Of a stretch of DNA of 64,000 bases, positions 11,201 to 21,185 are shown one piece after another. A program made the position numbers and the translations under genes. The stretch comes from Myxococcota bacterium (GTDB taxonomy: Bacteria > Myxococcota_A > Polyangia > Nannocystales > Nannocystaceae): the NCBI GenBank assembly GCA_039028615.1, contig JBCCHT010000011.1, positions 199,916-263,915 of the forward strand, read 5' to 3'. The notes below the pieces were generated by a model. That model was given only the letters and a program-made list of their open reading frames with translations. It was not told where the DNA came from and searched no databases. The stretch's first letter is position 1, and the number at the start of each line of letters is the position of its first letter.

Positions 11201-11714
11201 CCTGTCCTTCGACACGCCGCACCGCGCCAAGCTCGACGGCTTCTACTCCTTCGACCTTCGCGAGGCCGGCCGCCTGACCCTGGGCACCAGCTTCCGCTTC
11301 AGCTCCGGCTTCCCCATCTCGCTCCGCGGCGGTCACAACCTCTACGGTGGTGCGCCCGTCTACGTCGTCCCCCGTGGCGCCGGCGGTCGAGTCGAGCCGA
11401 ACTACACCTGGAACCTGTCCGCGAGCTACGCGTACCCGCTGCCCGGCAACCTCGAGATCGAGGCCGCCGCCCGGCTCATCAACATCACCAACGCCCGCGC
11501 CATCATCCGGGTCGACGAGATCTACTCGTTCCAGAACACCCGGGCCGTCGCGGGTGGTGACCTCAACGACCTCAAGCACACCAAGATCCAGAACTCCGGT
11601 AACCCCACCGAGTTCTTCCAGCGCACCGTGCTGGCGCCGCAGGGCAACTTCGGTGTCGAGACCTCGTTCCAGACCCCGCTGGCCGCCTCCTTCGAGGTCC
11701 AGCTCCGGTTCTAG
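8214..11714 (+). CDS. TonB-dependent outer-membrane receptor, Oar-like, with N-terminal carboxypeptidase-regulatory-like domain
   Basis: Signal peptide; NGLYAFRNLPPGTYTI; plug GYDAEFGGASGG; FLQDKWAI, APRVGVVYD; C-terminal aromatic residue (QLRF). Confidence 0.9.
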   Translation: MPKALRPALSRAALSLGLTIAAPLGAAIALMPGSAEAAENGTISGVVTHGKTKERIPEALVILQCSCLQDARETQTNSNGLYAFRNLPPGTYTIQILAGQADVAKVATLPRGAKFRANFTVDPDDEFRRVIRVESAPVEQRTSVGRTVSMEEFRNIPVGNSTGRDFTQVVESSATASRDSAGISLAGTTGAESKYTVEGANVNNPAFGTVGASIVQEFVETVEVQESGYDAEFGGASGGQVSARRVSGTNQTRGVARFTYTPRLATPRFIQATDNAVRATETPDFVMQGVVVASGPIIKDKLFWSAGISATGGRSSLLQTFHNRIDKDGSGGYEDCPYQNGNNDCVDGGDYISTEKFADQKFFTGAVQAGYQLGIDWAINPRHRIRFTLGGAPNFTRRTYRRSATSPLNPTLTADPLGGGSLVANGVVNEHFGWDRNNSINTSARYLGRIADDKIEIDATLAYAQFANEVAWRVDNPELLNTPATQETDSEGENLFEFLDRDGRLDLVPGVAEACNASSLPGLACPVRLWLSGGVGQISVDRSRRAEGRLALTHFFNAAGAHQVKYGVHFEHLARRTVASYSGQNAGDFYSNCSANGLGGQAPDEGGEWCYDAANNQYNITTVNRVDNHRYILVDTDNPDLRTSVGYGRVRKEQGELRAIATPLGAGARVPAYDETLTTQNYGVFLQDKWAILSNLFLSAGVRWELQDMRDVLGERAMLIWDNVAPRVGVVYDWTDEGRSRLFASYGWFYQPLPVQLNSRVFGGLVTVRRTYRNAQCQGQQVTINGETFSREESGQPTEYCPDFASSTTQLTEGAVVPRLRGQYNQQFQVGYEQEVIEDLTLGVRWLHTDLGRAVEDISTNGGLNFIIANPGVAVDQEDLSRQQAECDALESQLDGLDMDASDRPQIARELQRCLFLADAFGKINQLFDRPRRNFDAFTFEVKKRFARNWTLLGSYTFSRLIGNYDGFVDPISGNVNIGASVQYDIPELVRNSFGPLSFDTPHRAKLDGFYSFDLREAGRLTLGTSFRFSSGFPISLRGGHNLYGGAPVYVVPRGAGGRVEPNYTWNLSASYAYPLPGNLEIEAAARLINITNARAIIRVDEIYSFQNTRAVAGGDLNDLKHTKIQNSGNPTEFFQRTVLAPQGNFGVETSFQTPLAASFEVQLRF

Positions 11715-11739
11715 GACCCGGCCTCCCGAGGCCACGAAC

Positions 11740-11777
11740 GAGGCCTTCGCGACGATGTCGCGGAGGCCTTCTTCTTT
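11740..11777 (+). terminator. Rho-independent terminator after the Oar-like gene
   Basis: AGGCCTTCGCGAC-GAT-GTCGCGGAGGCCT hairpin (one G-U pair) followed by TCTTCTTT. Confidence 0.75.
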
Positions 11778-11796
11778 GGTTCCCCCCGAAAACGCT

Positions 11797-12330
11797 TCAG
11801 CCGCAGTAGGACTGCATCACGTCGTTCTGACAGTCCTCGGCACAGGGCGCGCCCTCGCAGACCATGCACTGCACCAGCTCGGTCAGGGGCTCGACGCCGC
11901 TGGGGATGATCTCGTTGCACTCCGCGACGCAGTCCAGCGTGCCGCCGCAGGCGAAGGGGCAGTCGAGCAGCTGGCTGCAGGCGAGGTCGGCCTTGCAGGT
12001 GTCGAGCGCTTCGCAGGAGGCACTGTTGTCCTCCCAGCAGCCGTAGCAGGCGCGGACCGCCAGGGGGTCGTTCGGATCGTCGGGATCGCCTCCGACTTCA
12101 TCGGCGGCCCCGCCATCGGCTCCGCCCCCCTCGTCGGCGGGGTCGCGCCCGTCGTCGCGGCCGCCCGGGACTTGGCCATCGGCGCCCGGGTCTCCTCGCT
12201 CGTCGCCGGAGCCTTCGTCGGTCTCGCCGTCGGAGGTCGATGCTCCGGGGTCCTCGACCTGGGGGCCGCAGCCGAGGGCCGGTAGGCAGGCGAGTATGGC
12301 GGTGGCCAGGGCTTCTTGGATTCGGATCAT
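11797..12330 (-). CDS. Small Cys-rich lipoprotein
   Basis: Lipobox LPALGC, acidic/Gly linker, C-terminal domain with many paired Cys (CYGCWEDNSASC...CVAEC...CMVCEGAPCAEDC). Confidence 0.75.
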   Translation of the reverse strand: MIRIQEALATAILACLPALGCGPQVEDPGASTSDGETDEGSGDERGDPGADGQVPGGRDDGRDPADEGGGADGGAADEVGGDPDDPNDPLAVRACYGCWEDNSASCEALDTCKADLACSQLLDCPFACGGTLDCVAECNEIIPSGVEPLTELVQCMVCEGAPCAEDCQNDVMQSYCG

Positions 12331-12439
12331 CGCGGTCGCTTCCCCGAATCCATGATTGACCAGAAAGGGCTGCGCGTTACACACAAAGTTGGCGGGCGTG
12401 GGGATTTGTCCGGGGTTGGTGAGGGGGCTGTTGGGTGCG

Positions 12440-13909
12440 CTAGAGGGTCCTTAGATGCGACAGCAGGGCGTCGCGATCGCTCTCGGGAAGGTCGAGGGCG
12501 TGGCGGTGGCCGGGGATCGGTCCGGGGCCGCGGGTACCTTGGGTGTAGTCGGAGCTCAGGCGGTCGGAGGAGAGGAGGGCTTCGAGTGAGGGGAGCGAGC
12601 CGTCGTGGAAGTACGGGGCGGCGTCGGCAATGCGGAGCAGAGGGGCGGGGCGGTACTTGCCCGTGCCGCGGGCGCGGCCGAAGGCGAGGGTGGGCTCGGT
12701 GCCGACGGAGGTCGCGGCGACCGGGCGCCCGCCGTGGGCGGCGTTGTCGTGGCACGAGTCGCAGTGTTGGTCGAACAGCTGCGTGCCGCGGGCGTCCGCG
12801 ACGACGGCGGGTCGGGGTGGAGGCTGCAGCGAGTAGACGTACATCGCCAGTGCCCAGGCGAGCTCCCGCGGCGGTCGGCTGCGCTCGCGGTTCGCGTGGA
12901 GGATCTGCGTCTCTTGGCGAATGGCCAGGGCGGCGGGATGCAGGTGGACGATGGTGCCGGCTTGGGTCAGGGCGCTCTGCTCTCGGACGCCCCACAGGTC
13001 GGGAATGGCGACCGGATCTTCGTCGTCGTCCTCGGTGATGTCGGCGCGCCCCGGGCCCCAGTTGGCCATGCGCTCGGCCAGATCGGGCGGCAGGGGCTCG
13101 GCGCGGTCGCGGTGGTAGGCGAGGCGGAGGCGGCCGTAGTCGAAGGTGCGACGGGCTCGACCGATGACGAGGTCGTGGCCGTCCATGGCGGTGTGGCACA
13201 GGGCGCAGGTGATGCCGATGCGGGCGCGGCCGTCGATGTCACCGAAGGCGACGAGGCCAGGCCATTGGCCATCGGGGGTCTGCACGAGTCCGGCTTCGTC
13301 GGCGACCTCGGGACGGGCGAGGGCATGCTCGGCGAAGACCTCGGGGCGCAACGGGTAGTCGAAGAAGACGCGACGGCCGAGCTCGACCCATCCGGCGGTG
13401 GTGGTGGGGCGCTCGCCATCCCATACAGGGGTGGCGTCGGAGGGGAGGATGACGGTACCGCTCGAGCGGAGCGGGGCGACGACGCTGGGCGTGACGGGGG
13501 CGGCGCGGGGGACCCAGGTCGGCAGGACGTCCCATCCTCGATCGCCGTGGCCGTAGGCGCTCAGGCGAGCGGCGGAGTAGAGGTTGTCGTGGTTGGCCAG
13601 CGAGCGCTCGACGATGTCGCGGCGAAATGCGGGGTCGTCGAGGTAGCGCGGGGCCTGGGCGAGCATCCAATCGTCGGACCACGGAGGTGCGGGGAACGAC
13701 TCGGGGGCATCCGAGGACTCGCGCTCGAGGGCAGCGACCGCGGGCGAATCGGGCTCGGCAGGAGCGGGTGTGGTGGCGGATGGGCGCGGAGCATCGGGCT
13801 GCCCCGAGTCGCACGCGAGTGCAGCCAAGACGAACGTGCCCGCGAGCGCGAGGCGGGCGGTCGTGCTCGCGCCCGAGGGCACGAGCCGAGGGCGAGCGCC
13901 GAGGGGCAC
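12440..13909 (-). CDS. Di-heme c-type cytochrome lipoprotein (CcP/MauG/RoxA-like superfamily)
   Basis: Two CxxCH motifs (CALCH, CDSCH); YRPAPLLRIADAAPYFHDGS motif; lipobox LAALAC. Confidence 0.85.
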   Translation of the reverse strand: MPLGARPRLVPSGASTTARLALAGTFVLAALACDSGQPDAPRPSATTPAPAEPDSPAVAALERESSDAPESFPAPPWSDDWMLAQAPRYLDDPAFRRDIVERSLANHDNLYSAARLSAYGHGDRGWDVLPTWVPRAAPVTPSVVAPLRSSGTVILPSDATPVWDGERPTTTAGWVELGRRVFFDYPLRPEVFAEHALARPEVADEAGLVQTPDGQWPGLVAFGDIDGRARIGITCALCHTAMDGHDLVIGRARRTFDYGRLRLAYHRDRAEPLPPDLAERMANWGPGRADITEDDDEDPVAIPDLWGVREQSALTQAGTIVHLHPAALAIRQETQILHANRERSRPPRELAWALAMYVYSLQPPPRPAVVADARGTQLFDQHCDSCHDNAAHGGRPVAATSVGTEPTLAFGRARGTGKYRPAPLLRIADAAPYFHDGSLPSLEALLSSDRLSSDYTQGTRGPGPIPGHRHALDLPESDRDALLSHLRTL

Positions 13910-13910
13910 T

Positions 13911-15125
13911 TCAGGTCACGACCACGTGGGGGCGCTCGCGGGGGAACTGCGGGGAGCGAATGGTCTGGGTCTCGTTGCCGATGGACAGGTCGACCTCGAT
14001 GATGAACATCTGGCCGAAGCTGGTGCCGCCGAGCTTCTTCTCGATGGGGCCCCAGTCGGGCACGGTGATGCGATAGGCGGCCTTGACCTCGGTGTTGGCG
14101 GGCACGCTCTCGTCCCACTTTTCGTAGGTGGAGCCGTTCCAACGGGTGGGGTCGCGCGGCTGCACGGTGCCCACCGGGTCATCGCTGCCGGGGATGAGCA
14201 CGCGGATGGCCTCGATGGTGATCTTGTTGGTCTCTTCGCCGTTGGCCGCGAAGTTGAGCTGCATCGCCGACTGCGTACAGAAGCTGGGCATGGGACCGAA
14301 GCTGTCGCCCGGGGCGAAGCCGGCGGCGGGTCGATCGGCGGCGGGAGGCATGGCGCGCCGCATGGGTCGCGCCATTGCACCCGCGACGGGAGCCCGGGGG
14401 GCGGGCTCGTCGGCGGCGGGAGGTTCCGGCATGGCGCGCGGCGAGGTGGGCATGGTGGGCACGCGTGGACTGGCGACGGGCCCGGGTGCTGGCGCGGGGC
14501 GAGCGGGTGCGGCCGCGGAGGGCTGCCGAGGGTTGATGGGGCTGCCGGCTTTGGGCGCAGGCATGCGAGGGTCCACCGAGGGCAGCGGCCTGGGCTGCGC
14601 GGGGCGAACGGCACTGCCCGTCGTGGGGGGTGGCGGCTCGGCCGATGGAGCGACGGGTTGGGTGCCGCTGGAGGGCAAGCCGGGGATGCGCGGGCCCGGC
14701 TGGATGGGACGAGCCGAGGGCAGCGATCCGGGGCGTACGGGGCGGGCGGAGGGGGCCGGGGTTTCGGACCCCGCGGGAGGTCTCGGCTGGGCGGGAACGG
14801 CCGCACCGGGTCGCACGGGGCTGGCGGAGGGAGCCGGGGTCGCGGGCCCCTCCGCGGGAGCGGGCTGGGCAGGCGCGGCCGGAGCCGCGGGAGCGGCCGG
14901 AACGGCCCCGGCCCCGCGAGGAGGCGGCGGTGGGTCGTCGACCTGCGGGCAATCTTCGACCATCTGCACCGAAGCGATCGAGGCGGTGGACACGACCTTC
15001 TTGGGTGGCGGGGGCGGTTCGGGCTCGTCCGTCTTCTGACTGGTTTGGGTTTCCTTGGGCTTGTCGGTGGACGTGCAGCCGCTGGCGAGGACGAGGGACA
15101 GGGAGACGAGGATGCGAGTGAGCAT
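13911..15125 (-). CDS. Proline/alanine-rich lipoprotein
   Basis: Lipobox LASGC, long Pro-rich low-complexity linker, folded C-terminal domain. Confidence 0.75.
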   Translation of the reverse strand: MLTRILVSLSLVLASGCTSTDKPKETQTSQKTDEPEPPPPPKKVVSTASIASVQMVEDCPQVDDPPPPPRGAGAVPAAPAAPAAPAQPAPAEGPATPAPSASPVRPGAAVPAQPRPPAGSETPAPSARPVRPGSLPSARPIQPGPRIPGLPSSGTQPVAPSAEPPPPTTGSAVRPAQPRPLPSVDPRMPAPKAGSPINPRQPSAAAPARPAPAPGPVASPRVPTMPTSPRAMPEPPAADEPAPRAPVAGAMARPMRRAMPPAADRPAAGFAPGDSFGPMPSFCTQSAMQLNFAANGEETNKITIEAIRVLIPGSDDPVGTVQPRDPTRWNGSTYEKWDESVPANTEVKAAYRITVPDWGPIEKKLGGTSFGQMFIIEVDLSIGNETQTIRSPQFPRERPHVVVT

Positions 15126-15327
15126 GGCGATCTCGGGGGCGAGGGGGCGCGAAGCCGCGGGGGACCCGACGAGCGGTCCCTCTCCACGGTCTACGTACGG
15201 GACGAGGCTACCAGTATTTGACGAATGAAACGTGGTGCCGACTCCGAGCATCGGCGGACGGCGTTTCTGCTCCGAGCCCCAAAGCCGGTCCTGCGGGGAG
15301 GGTCGGCCCGAGTTGGTACCCTGAGGC

Positions 15328-17520
15328 ATGTTGCGGCTCACCCCCGTGCGGTTGGCGATCACGGTTTGGTGTGTAGCCGTCGTGGCGTGTGTCTTGCGCT
15401 TCCGTCCGCCCGCGCTCGAAGGCGATCAAAGCGAGCACTTCGCGGGGCAGCACGCCCACGAGACATTGCGACGCCTGCTACCCGATGATCGCCCGCACCC
15501 GCTGGGCAGCGACGCGCACGTGGCCATGCGCGCGCGCATCGAGGCGGAGATCCGTGCGTTGGGCTACGAGCCGACCGTGCGCGAGCACTGGTCGTGCTCG
15601 CGGTGGGGCCAGTGCGGGCGGGTCCGCAACATCACCTTCGAGATCCCCGGTGAGCGCCACGAAGCGGTGCTCTTCGTCGCCCACAGCGACAGCGCGATGG
15701 CGGGGCCGGGCGCGGCCGATGATGCGCATGCGGTCGCGATCCTCTTGGAGCTGGCCCGGCACATCCAGCGCGGCACGGCGACGCCACGCAACACCATCGC
15801 GTTTCTGATCTCCGATGGCGAAGAAGAGGGCATGCTGGGCGCGGGCAGCTTCGTCGAGCACGATCCGCTCGCCGGTCGGGTGGGCGTGGCGGTGAACCTG
15901 GAGGCGCGCGGCAATGCGGGGATCTCGATGCTCTTCCAGGCGCTGGGCGAAGATGCGTGGCTGATCGATGCCTACGGGCAATACGCGCGAGCGCCCTACT
16001 CGACGTCGTTGGCTCAGGTCGTCTACGAGCTGATGCCCAACTACACCGATCTCACCGTGTTGCGCGGCGGAGGGATCGCCGGCGTGGACTTTGCGTTCAT
16101 CGACGGAGTGTCGGCGTATCACTCCCCGCTCGACACCGTGGACAACCTCTCGCCGGGCGCCCTGCAGACACAGGGCGACAACGCGCTGGCGATGCTGCGA
16201 GGGCTGGGCTCGGCCGACCTTCGCGACCGACCTTCGGGGCACTCGGCATGGTTCGATCTGCTGGGAGTGGCGTTGATCCGCATACCGCGAGGAGCCGTGT
16301 TCCCGATCGCGCTGGCGAGCTTCCTGCTGGTCCTCGGTGGCTGCGTGGTGCTGCGACGGCAGGATCGAGTCACGGCGCGATCGATGGGGGCGGCCGCGGG
16401 AATCGCCGCGTTGGTCATCCTCGGAGCTGGGTTGGGTGGGGCGTTGCTGAGCTGGGCGGTCTCGATGTTCGATGGCGAGTCCGGAGCGGTCGCCGTACAT
16501 CCCTGGCCGTCGGTCGTGGCGATGGGGCTGGTCGCCATCGCGGTGCAGATCGCCATGGTTCGGGGCTCGACGCGCTCGGCTCTCGAGACCATCGCCGGTC
16601 TGCTGTTGTGGGTGACGACGCTGGGCGTGCCCATGGCGTGGTTCGCTCCCGGAGCCGCGTACTTGCTGGTGATGCCGCCGCTGGTCTTCGGGGTCACCGT
16701 GGCGGTGGTCTCCCTCGGTCGTGCGTCACGGTGGTCGTCGGCGTGGCCGTGGGGCTGCGCGGTGGCGGGCTTCGTGTCGCTGGCGCTGTGGCTCCCCACG
16801 CTGCACGGGTTGCGTCTCGCGCTCGGCGTGAACCCGGGGCTCGCCGTGGTCGCGGCGCTGGCCGGTCTGTGGTGCGGGCCCTTGTGGGTGGGCACCGATC
16901 GTCGGGTCGCGCCGACCTTCGCCGCGGGTGCCGTGATCGTGGCGTTGTCGACGCTCGCCCTCGGGGGTCACGACGCGGAGCATCCCCGTCGCCAATGGCT
17001 GACCCGTGTCCTAGGGGCCGACGGCAGCGCTCGAGTGCTGCGAGCCCCCGGAGCGGTCGCCGATGCCCGACTGCGAATCAAGGGAGACGAACTGGGCGAA
17101 GAGGCGCATGAAGCCGCGGCCGAGATCGCCACGCTGCCTCCGCCGCAGATGCTCGACGCCACGCTCAGCCCCGCCGTGACTCCCGGTCGCCAGCCCATCT
17201 CGGTGCTTCTCCAGAGCCCCCGCGGCGCCCCCTCGATCATCGTGTCGATCCCCAAGGCGGCGGGGCTCCAAGAGCTCTACGTCGAAGATGCCGTGGTGCC
17301 GCTGTCGTCGGCGCGCAAGGGCGCGACTCGGGTCGAGATCCACGCGGTCCCGACCGAGGGCGTACGGATCGAGGCCATCCTCGAGGATCCGCGTCAGCCC
17401 TGGCGCATCGCCGATCGCAGCCCGTGGCTCGATCCACCCACGGGCCTCCGCGCCCCCGATGCCCACCGCTCGTGGGATGGCGACACGACCTGGGTGGTCG
17501 CCGAGGCCGCGCTCCAGTGA
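15328..17520 (+). CDS. M28 family membrane-bound zinc metallopeptidase
   Basis: VAHSDS, GAADD, DGEEEGMLGA, NLEARG, YHSPLD ligands followed by multiple TM helices. Confidence 0.92.
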   Translation: MLRLTPVRLAITVWCVAVVACVLRFRPPALEGDQSEHFAGQHAHETLRRLLPDDRPHPLGSDAHVAMRARIEAEIRALGYEPTVREHWSCSRWGQCGRVRNITFEIPGERHEAVLFVAHSDSAMAGPGAADDAHAVAILLELARHIQRGTATPRNTIAFLISDGEEEGMLGAGSFVEHDPLAGRVGVAVNLEARGNAGISMLFQALGEDAWLIDAYGQYARAPYSTSLAQVVYELMPNYTDLTVLRGGGIAGVDFAFIDGVSAYHSPLDTVDNLSPGALQTQGDNALAMLRGLGSADLRDRPSGHSAWFDLLGVALIRIPRGAVFPIALASFLLVLGGCVVLRRQDRVTARSMGAAAGIAALVILGAGLGGALLSWAVSMFDGESGAVAVHPWPSVVAMGLVAIAVQIAMVRGSTRSALETIAGLLLWVTTLGVPMAWFAPGAAYLLVMPPLVFGVTVAVVSLGRASRWSSAWPWGCAVAGFVSLALWLPTLHGLRLALGVNPGLAVVAALAGLWCGPLWVGTDRRVAPTFAAGAVIVALSTLALGGHDAEHPRRQWLTRVLGADGSARVLRAPGAVADARLRIKGDELGEEAHEAAAEIATLPPPQMLDATLSPAVTPGRQPISVLLQSPRGAPSIIVSIPKAAGLQELYVEDAVVPLSSARKGATRVEIHAVPTEGVRIEAILEDPRQPWRIADRSPWLDPPTGLRAPDAHRSWDGDTTWVVAEAALQ

Positions 17521-17530
17521 GAAACGCTCG

Positions 17531-19459
17531 TCAGGTGCAGGTGCCGGTCGGCGTGCCGCACTCCCCTGCGCCTTCGCAGACTCCGCTCTCGCACTCCGCA
17601 TCGAAGCGGCACTCGGCCCCCGACACGATGCCACCGGGGCAGTAGGCCGCGCCGCACTCCTCGGGATAGGCGGCGATGCGCTCCGCGACCGGAGGCTCGG
17701 GCACGACCCCCGAGGCGTCGAGATCGTCGGTGGCCTCGGCCGGGCCGGAGCGCTCGCCCTCCGCCCGCTCCCACATGCGCACGAAGTCGTCGGCGGAGCG
17801 CCGCAGCGGCTCGGTGTCGCTGCCCAGCTGGTCGAGGTCGTCGAGCAGATCGGTCAGCAAGCCAATATGCCCCAGGCCCATCTCGTCGAAGCCGGTACCC
17901 AGGGGCGTGCTGCCTTCCCGCTCGTCGCGAGCCTGGCACTGGGCCTCGAGCGGGAACGAGGCCGAGCAGGCATCGGGGCCGAAGCGCGGCCGCGTCTGCT
18001 GGATGAACCCGTTGAGGTCCGAGCCCATACCGATGGAGACCTTCAGCCCGAGGCGACCGAAGTCGTAGGCCTGGGCGAAGGAGCGGCTCGAGCCGTGGCA
18101 CGTGTTGGAGACGGCCGAGCCCTCGTAGCCGTTGACCTCTTCGTGGGCGGTACGCAGGCCCACCATGCCGCCGGTCTCGCGCAGCATCTCGATCACCCAG
18201 GCGGGGGTGGTCTTCTCCTCGACTTGCTTGTCCGCGAGCATGATCTCGCGGAAGTGGGCGTGGGACAGATAGATCGGGAAGTAGTCGCTCTGAACGGACA
18301 GCTCGTAGACGTCGCGGATGCTCGCCTCCGACAGGTGTGCCGCGTCGATCAGCATGCCGCGATCGATCATCTCCTGGACCAGCTCGCGGCCTTCCCCGGT
18401 CAGCCCCTTGACGTTCTTGCACTCCGAGTCGACGTCGAAGCCCAGCGTCACCGACTCGGTAGTGAGCCCACAGTCCTCGTCGATGTGGCAGCTCTCCACG
18501 TACTGGGCGATCTGGAAGATCGGGTTGTGCGGCGCCGCCCCACCGAAGCGATTGTCGAGCTGGTGCACGGGCTGCAGCGTGCGAACGCCCAGCTCGTACA
18601 GCTCCTCGAACTGCGGTCGCCAGTCGCCGCCCTCCATGATGTGCGAGGTCTCGACGCTGAGGATGAACGCCAGCTTGTCCTCGGACACGATGCGGCGCAT
18701 GTCGGCGGCCGTGAGCGCGACCTCGACCCAGTCGTTGGCGTCGGCGAAGGCGTTGGCGGCCTGCAGCTGCACCCGTATGTCGTCCATCTCGTTGCAGTCG
18801 GGGCGCTCGACGTTCTCCTCGGGAATGGCCATGCACAGCCAGTCGAGCGACACGGCCGAGATCACGGCCACGCGCAGGCCGGCCGCGTGCGCGTCGGCGA
18901 GCTGCTCCTCCCAGACCTGCTGATGCGCGATGGCGTCCCAGCGCGGCCAACCTTCGAAGTTCGGGAAGCCGCTGGTGCGATCGAGATGCCGCCCCGTATC
19001 CCCCTGCGTCCCGGGAATGATGCTGATGAACTCGCTGACCAGCGGCCCTCCGCTCGCGAGCGTGCCCACCAGCGGGACCAGCTGCTCGAGCTCTTCGAGG
19101 GGCATGTCCTCGCAGGTGCCGAGCAGCGGAGCCAAGTCGTCGCGCAGACGACCGTGGTCACCCGGCGAGCCACCGTCGCACGGACCGATCGCCGAGCTGC
19201 CTGCGCCATCGTGCGTGCCGTGGAACCAACCCCCGCCGAACGCATGCTCGGCGAACATGTGAAGGTGGAGATCGGCGACGCCCATCAGCGGCTCGGCGGG
19301 CTCGGTTCCGACCGTGTCGTCCGCTCCTTCACTGCCAGCGGTCGTGCCCGCGCCCTCGGTCGCCCCCGACTCGGCCGAGGGCGTCTCGTTGCTCTTGCAC
19401 GCCCCTGCCGACACCAACAGAGACGCAACGACTAATTTGACCGACCGACCAGTCAACAT
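17531..19459 (-). CDS. Membrane dipeptidase (M19)/amidohydrolase-fold lipoprotein
   Basis: ADLHLH, GLTGEGRELVQEMIDRGMLIDAAHLS, SHAH, GMGSDLNG; lipobox SAGAC; Cys-rich tail. Confidence 0.85.
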   Translation of the reverse strand: MLTGRSVKLVVASLLVSAGACKSNETPSAESGATEGAGTTAGSEGADDTVGTEPAEPLMGVADLHLHMFAEHAFGGGWFHGTHDGAGSSAIGPCDGGSPGDHGRLRDDLAPLLGTCEDMPLEELEQLVPLVGTLASGGPLVSEFISIIPGTQGDTGRHLDRTSGFPNFEGWPRWDAIAHQQVWEEQLADAHAAGLRVAVISAVSLDWLCMAIPEENVERPDCNEMDDIRVQLQAANAFADANDWVEVALTAADMRRIVSEDKLAFILSVETSHIMEGGDWRPQFEELYELGVRTLQPVHQLDNRFGGAAPHNPIFQIAQYVESCHIDEDCGLTTESVTLGFDVDSECKNVKGLTGEGRELVQEMIDRGMLIDAAHLSEASIRDVYELSVQSDYFPIYLSHAHFREIMLADKQVEEKTTPAWVIEMLRETGGMVGLRTAHEEVNGYEGSAVSNTCHGSSRSFAQAYDFGRLGLKVSIGMGSDLNGFIQQTRPRFGPDACSASFPLEAQCQARDEREGSTPLGTGFDEMGLGHIGLLTDLLDDLDQLGSDTEPLRRSADDFVRMWERAEGERSGPAEATDDLDASGVVPEPPVAERIAAYPEECGAAYCPGGIVSGAECRFDAECESGVCEGAGECGTPTGTCT

Positions 19460-19744
19460 CGAATCAACCTACCGGAGCGCTCGTTCTTCGGTCAAGCGAT
19501 GGCCGGACATGATCGTTCCGGGACACGTCGCGTTCGTCGACCGCAGCGCCCTGCCATCGTGCAAAAGCGTTGAGTGCGAGTCGGGAGGCTGCAGCGCGAT
19601 GGGCGACGACCGAGCGCATCCCCGGGTGCCCGCACCGACGAAGTACGTTGTTGGACCAAGCGGGCGATTGTTTGGAGCTTCATCACAGGTTGTTCACGTC
19701 AGTGTCATCCGGGTCGCCTACACTCCGCGCCGACGGCCTGCGCA

Positions 19745-21184
19745 ATGAAGAATGTGACTCAGCGACTCATCGTGGTGTCCAACCGCTTGCCCGTGGCCGT
19801 CACCGAGACCGACGAAGGCTCACGGTTGATGCCGTCGCCCGGCGGCCTGGTCACCGCGCTCGGACCGGTGCTGCGCGAACGTGGCGGCCACTGGATCGGC
19901 TGGCCCGGCGCCACCTCCATGACCCCCGACGCCGATCAGGTGGGCGCGCTGGAGACCGAACTCGGCTATCGCCTGCACTCGATTCCGCTCACCGAAGAGC
20001 AGATCGACGGCTACTACCACGGCTTCTCCAACGAGGTGCTGTGGCCGCTGTTCCACGACTTCATCGGTCGCTGCAACTTCGATCCCTCGCACTGGCCGAT
20101 GTACCGCGAGGTCAACGAGACCTTCGCCAAGAAGGTGGCCGAGGTCTCCGAGCCCGACGACTACGTCTGGATCCACGACTACCAGCTCATCTTCGTGGCC
20201 AAGGAGCTCGCCCGCATGGGAGTCGAGCGGGACATCGGGTACTTCCTGCACATCCCGTTTCCCTCGCCCGACATGTTCTTCAAGATGCCGCGGCATCAGC
20301 AGGTGCTCGAAGGGCTGCTCGAGTACGACCTCATCGGGTTCCAGTCGCCTCGTGACAAGCGCAACCTGCTCGACTGCGTGCGCGAGCGGGTCCCGGGGGC
20401 GATCATCGAGGACGCGGGCGACGAGCGCTGCCGCGTGCGCCTCCCCAACGGTCGCAACATCCTGGTGGGGTCGTTTCCCATCAGCATCGACTACGACGAC
20501 TTTCTCAACCGCTCGGTGGAGAACGAGGTCTCCGAGATCGTGGCGCGAGTGCGGGCCAGCATGCCCAACCGCACCATCATCCTCGGGCTCGATCGTCTCG
20601 ACTACACCAAGGGCATCCCGCATCGGCTGCGGGCGCTGGGCAACGCGCTCGAGCGCTACCCCGAGCTCCATCGGCGCCTGAGCTTGCTGCAGGTGGTCAT
20701 CCCCAGCCGTACACTGGTGGACGACTATCGGCAGCTCAAAGACGAGATCGATCGCCTGGTGGGCAAGATCAACGGGGCCCACGCGCGGGCGGGGTGGACC
20801 CCGATCCACTACCTGTTCCGCAGCCTCGATCCGGCCGAGCTGCTCGCCTACTACCGCGTCAGCGAGGTCGCCCTCATCACGCCGCTCAAGGACGGGATGA
20901 ACCTGGTCTGCAAGGAGTACTGCGCGTGCAGCCTCGAGGGCAGCGGGGTGCTGATCCTCAGCGAGTTCGCGGGCGCGGCGTCGCAGCTGGCCGACGGGGC
21001 GCTGATCGTCAATCCGTTCGACATCGAGGAGGTGGCGGACGCGATCTACAAGGCGGTAGTGATGCCAGAGGCAGACCGGCGGCCACGGATGGACCAGCTG
21101 CGGTCGATCATCCGCGAGCACGACGTGCACCGCTGGGTCGAGGACTATCTCGGGGCCGCCGCGCAGGCGCGCGCCGACGCGTGA
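19745..21184 (+). CDS. otsA: Trehalose-6-phosphate synthase (GT20)
   Basis: [60 protein letters not shown]. Confidence 0.97.
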   Translation: MKNVTQRLIVVSNRLPVAVTETDEGSRLMPSPGGLVTALGPVLRERGGHWIGWPGATSMTPDADQVGALETELGYRLHSIPLTEEQIDGYYHGFSNEVLWPLFHDFIGRCNFDPSHWPMYREVNETFAKKVAEVSEPDDYVWIHDYQLIFVAKELARMGVERDIGYFLHIPFPSPDMFFKMPRHQQVLEGLLEYDLIGFQSPRDKRNLLDCVRERVPGAIIEDAGDERCRVRLPNGRNILVGSFPISIDYDDFLNRSVENEVSEIVARVRASMPNRTIILGLDRLDYTKGIPHRLRALGNALERYPELHRRLSLLQVVIPSRTLVDDYRQLKDEIDRLVGKINGAHARAGWTPIHYLFRSLDPAELLAYYRVSEVALITPLKDGMNLVCKEYCACSLEGSGVLILSEFAGAASQLADGALIVNPFDIEEVADAIYKAVVMPEADRRPRMDQLRSIIREHDVHRWVEDYLGAAAQARADA

Positions 21185-21185
21185 C

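Noticed and set aside
8259..11735. 1158-aa antisense ORF and other long shadow ORFs (e.g. 34937-37711, 53175-55862, 55988-58942, 47771-50260, 142-1752)
   Set aside because: They overlap recognisable genes on the opposite strand or in another frame, lack motifs, and are expected in high-GC, codon-biased DNA.
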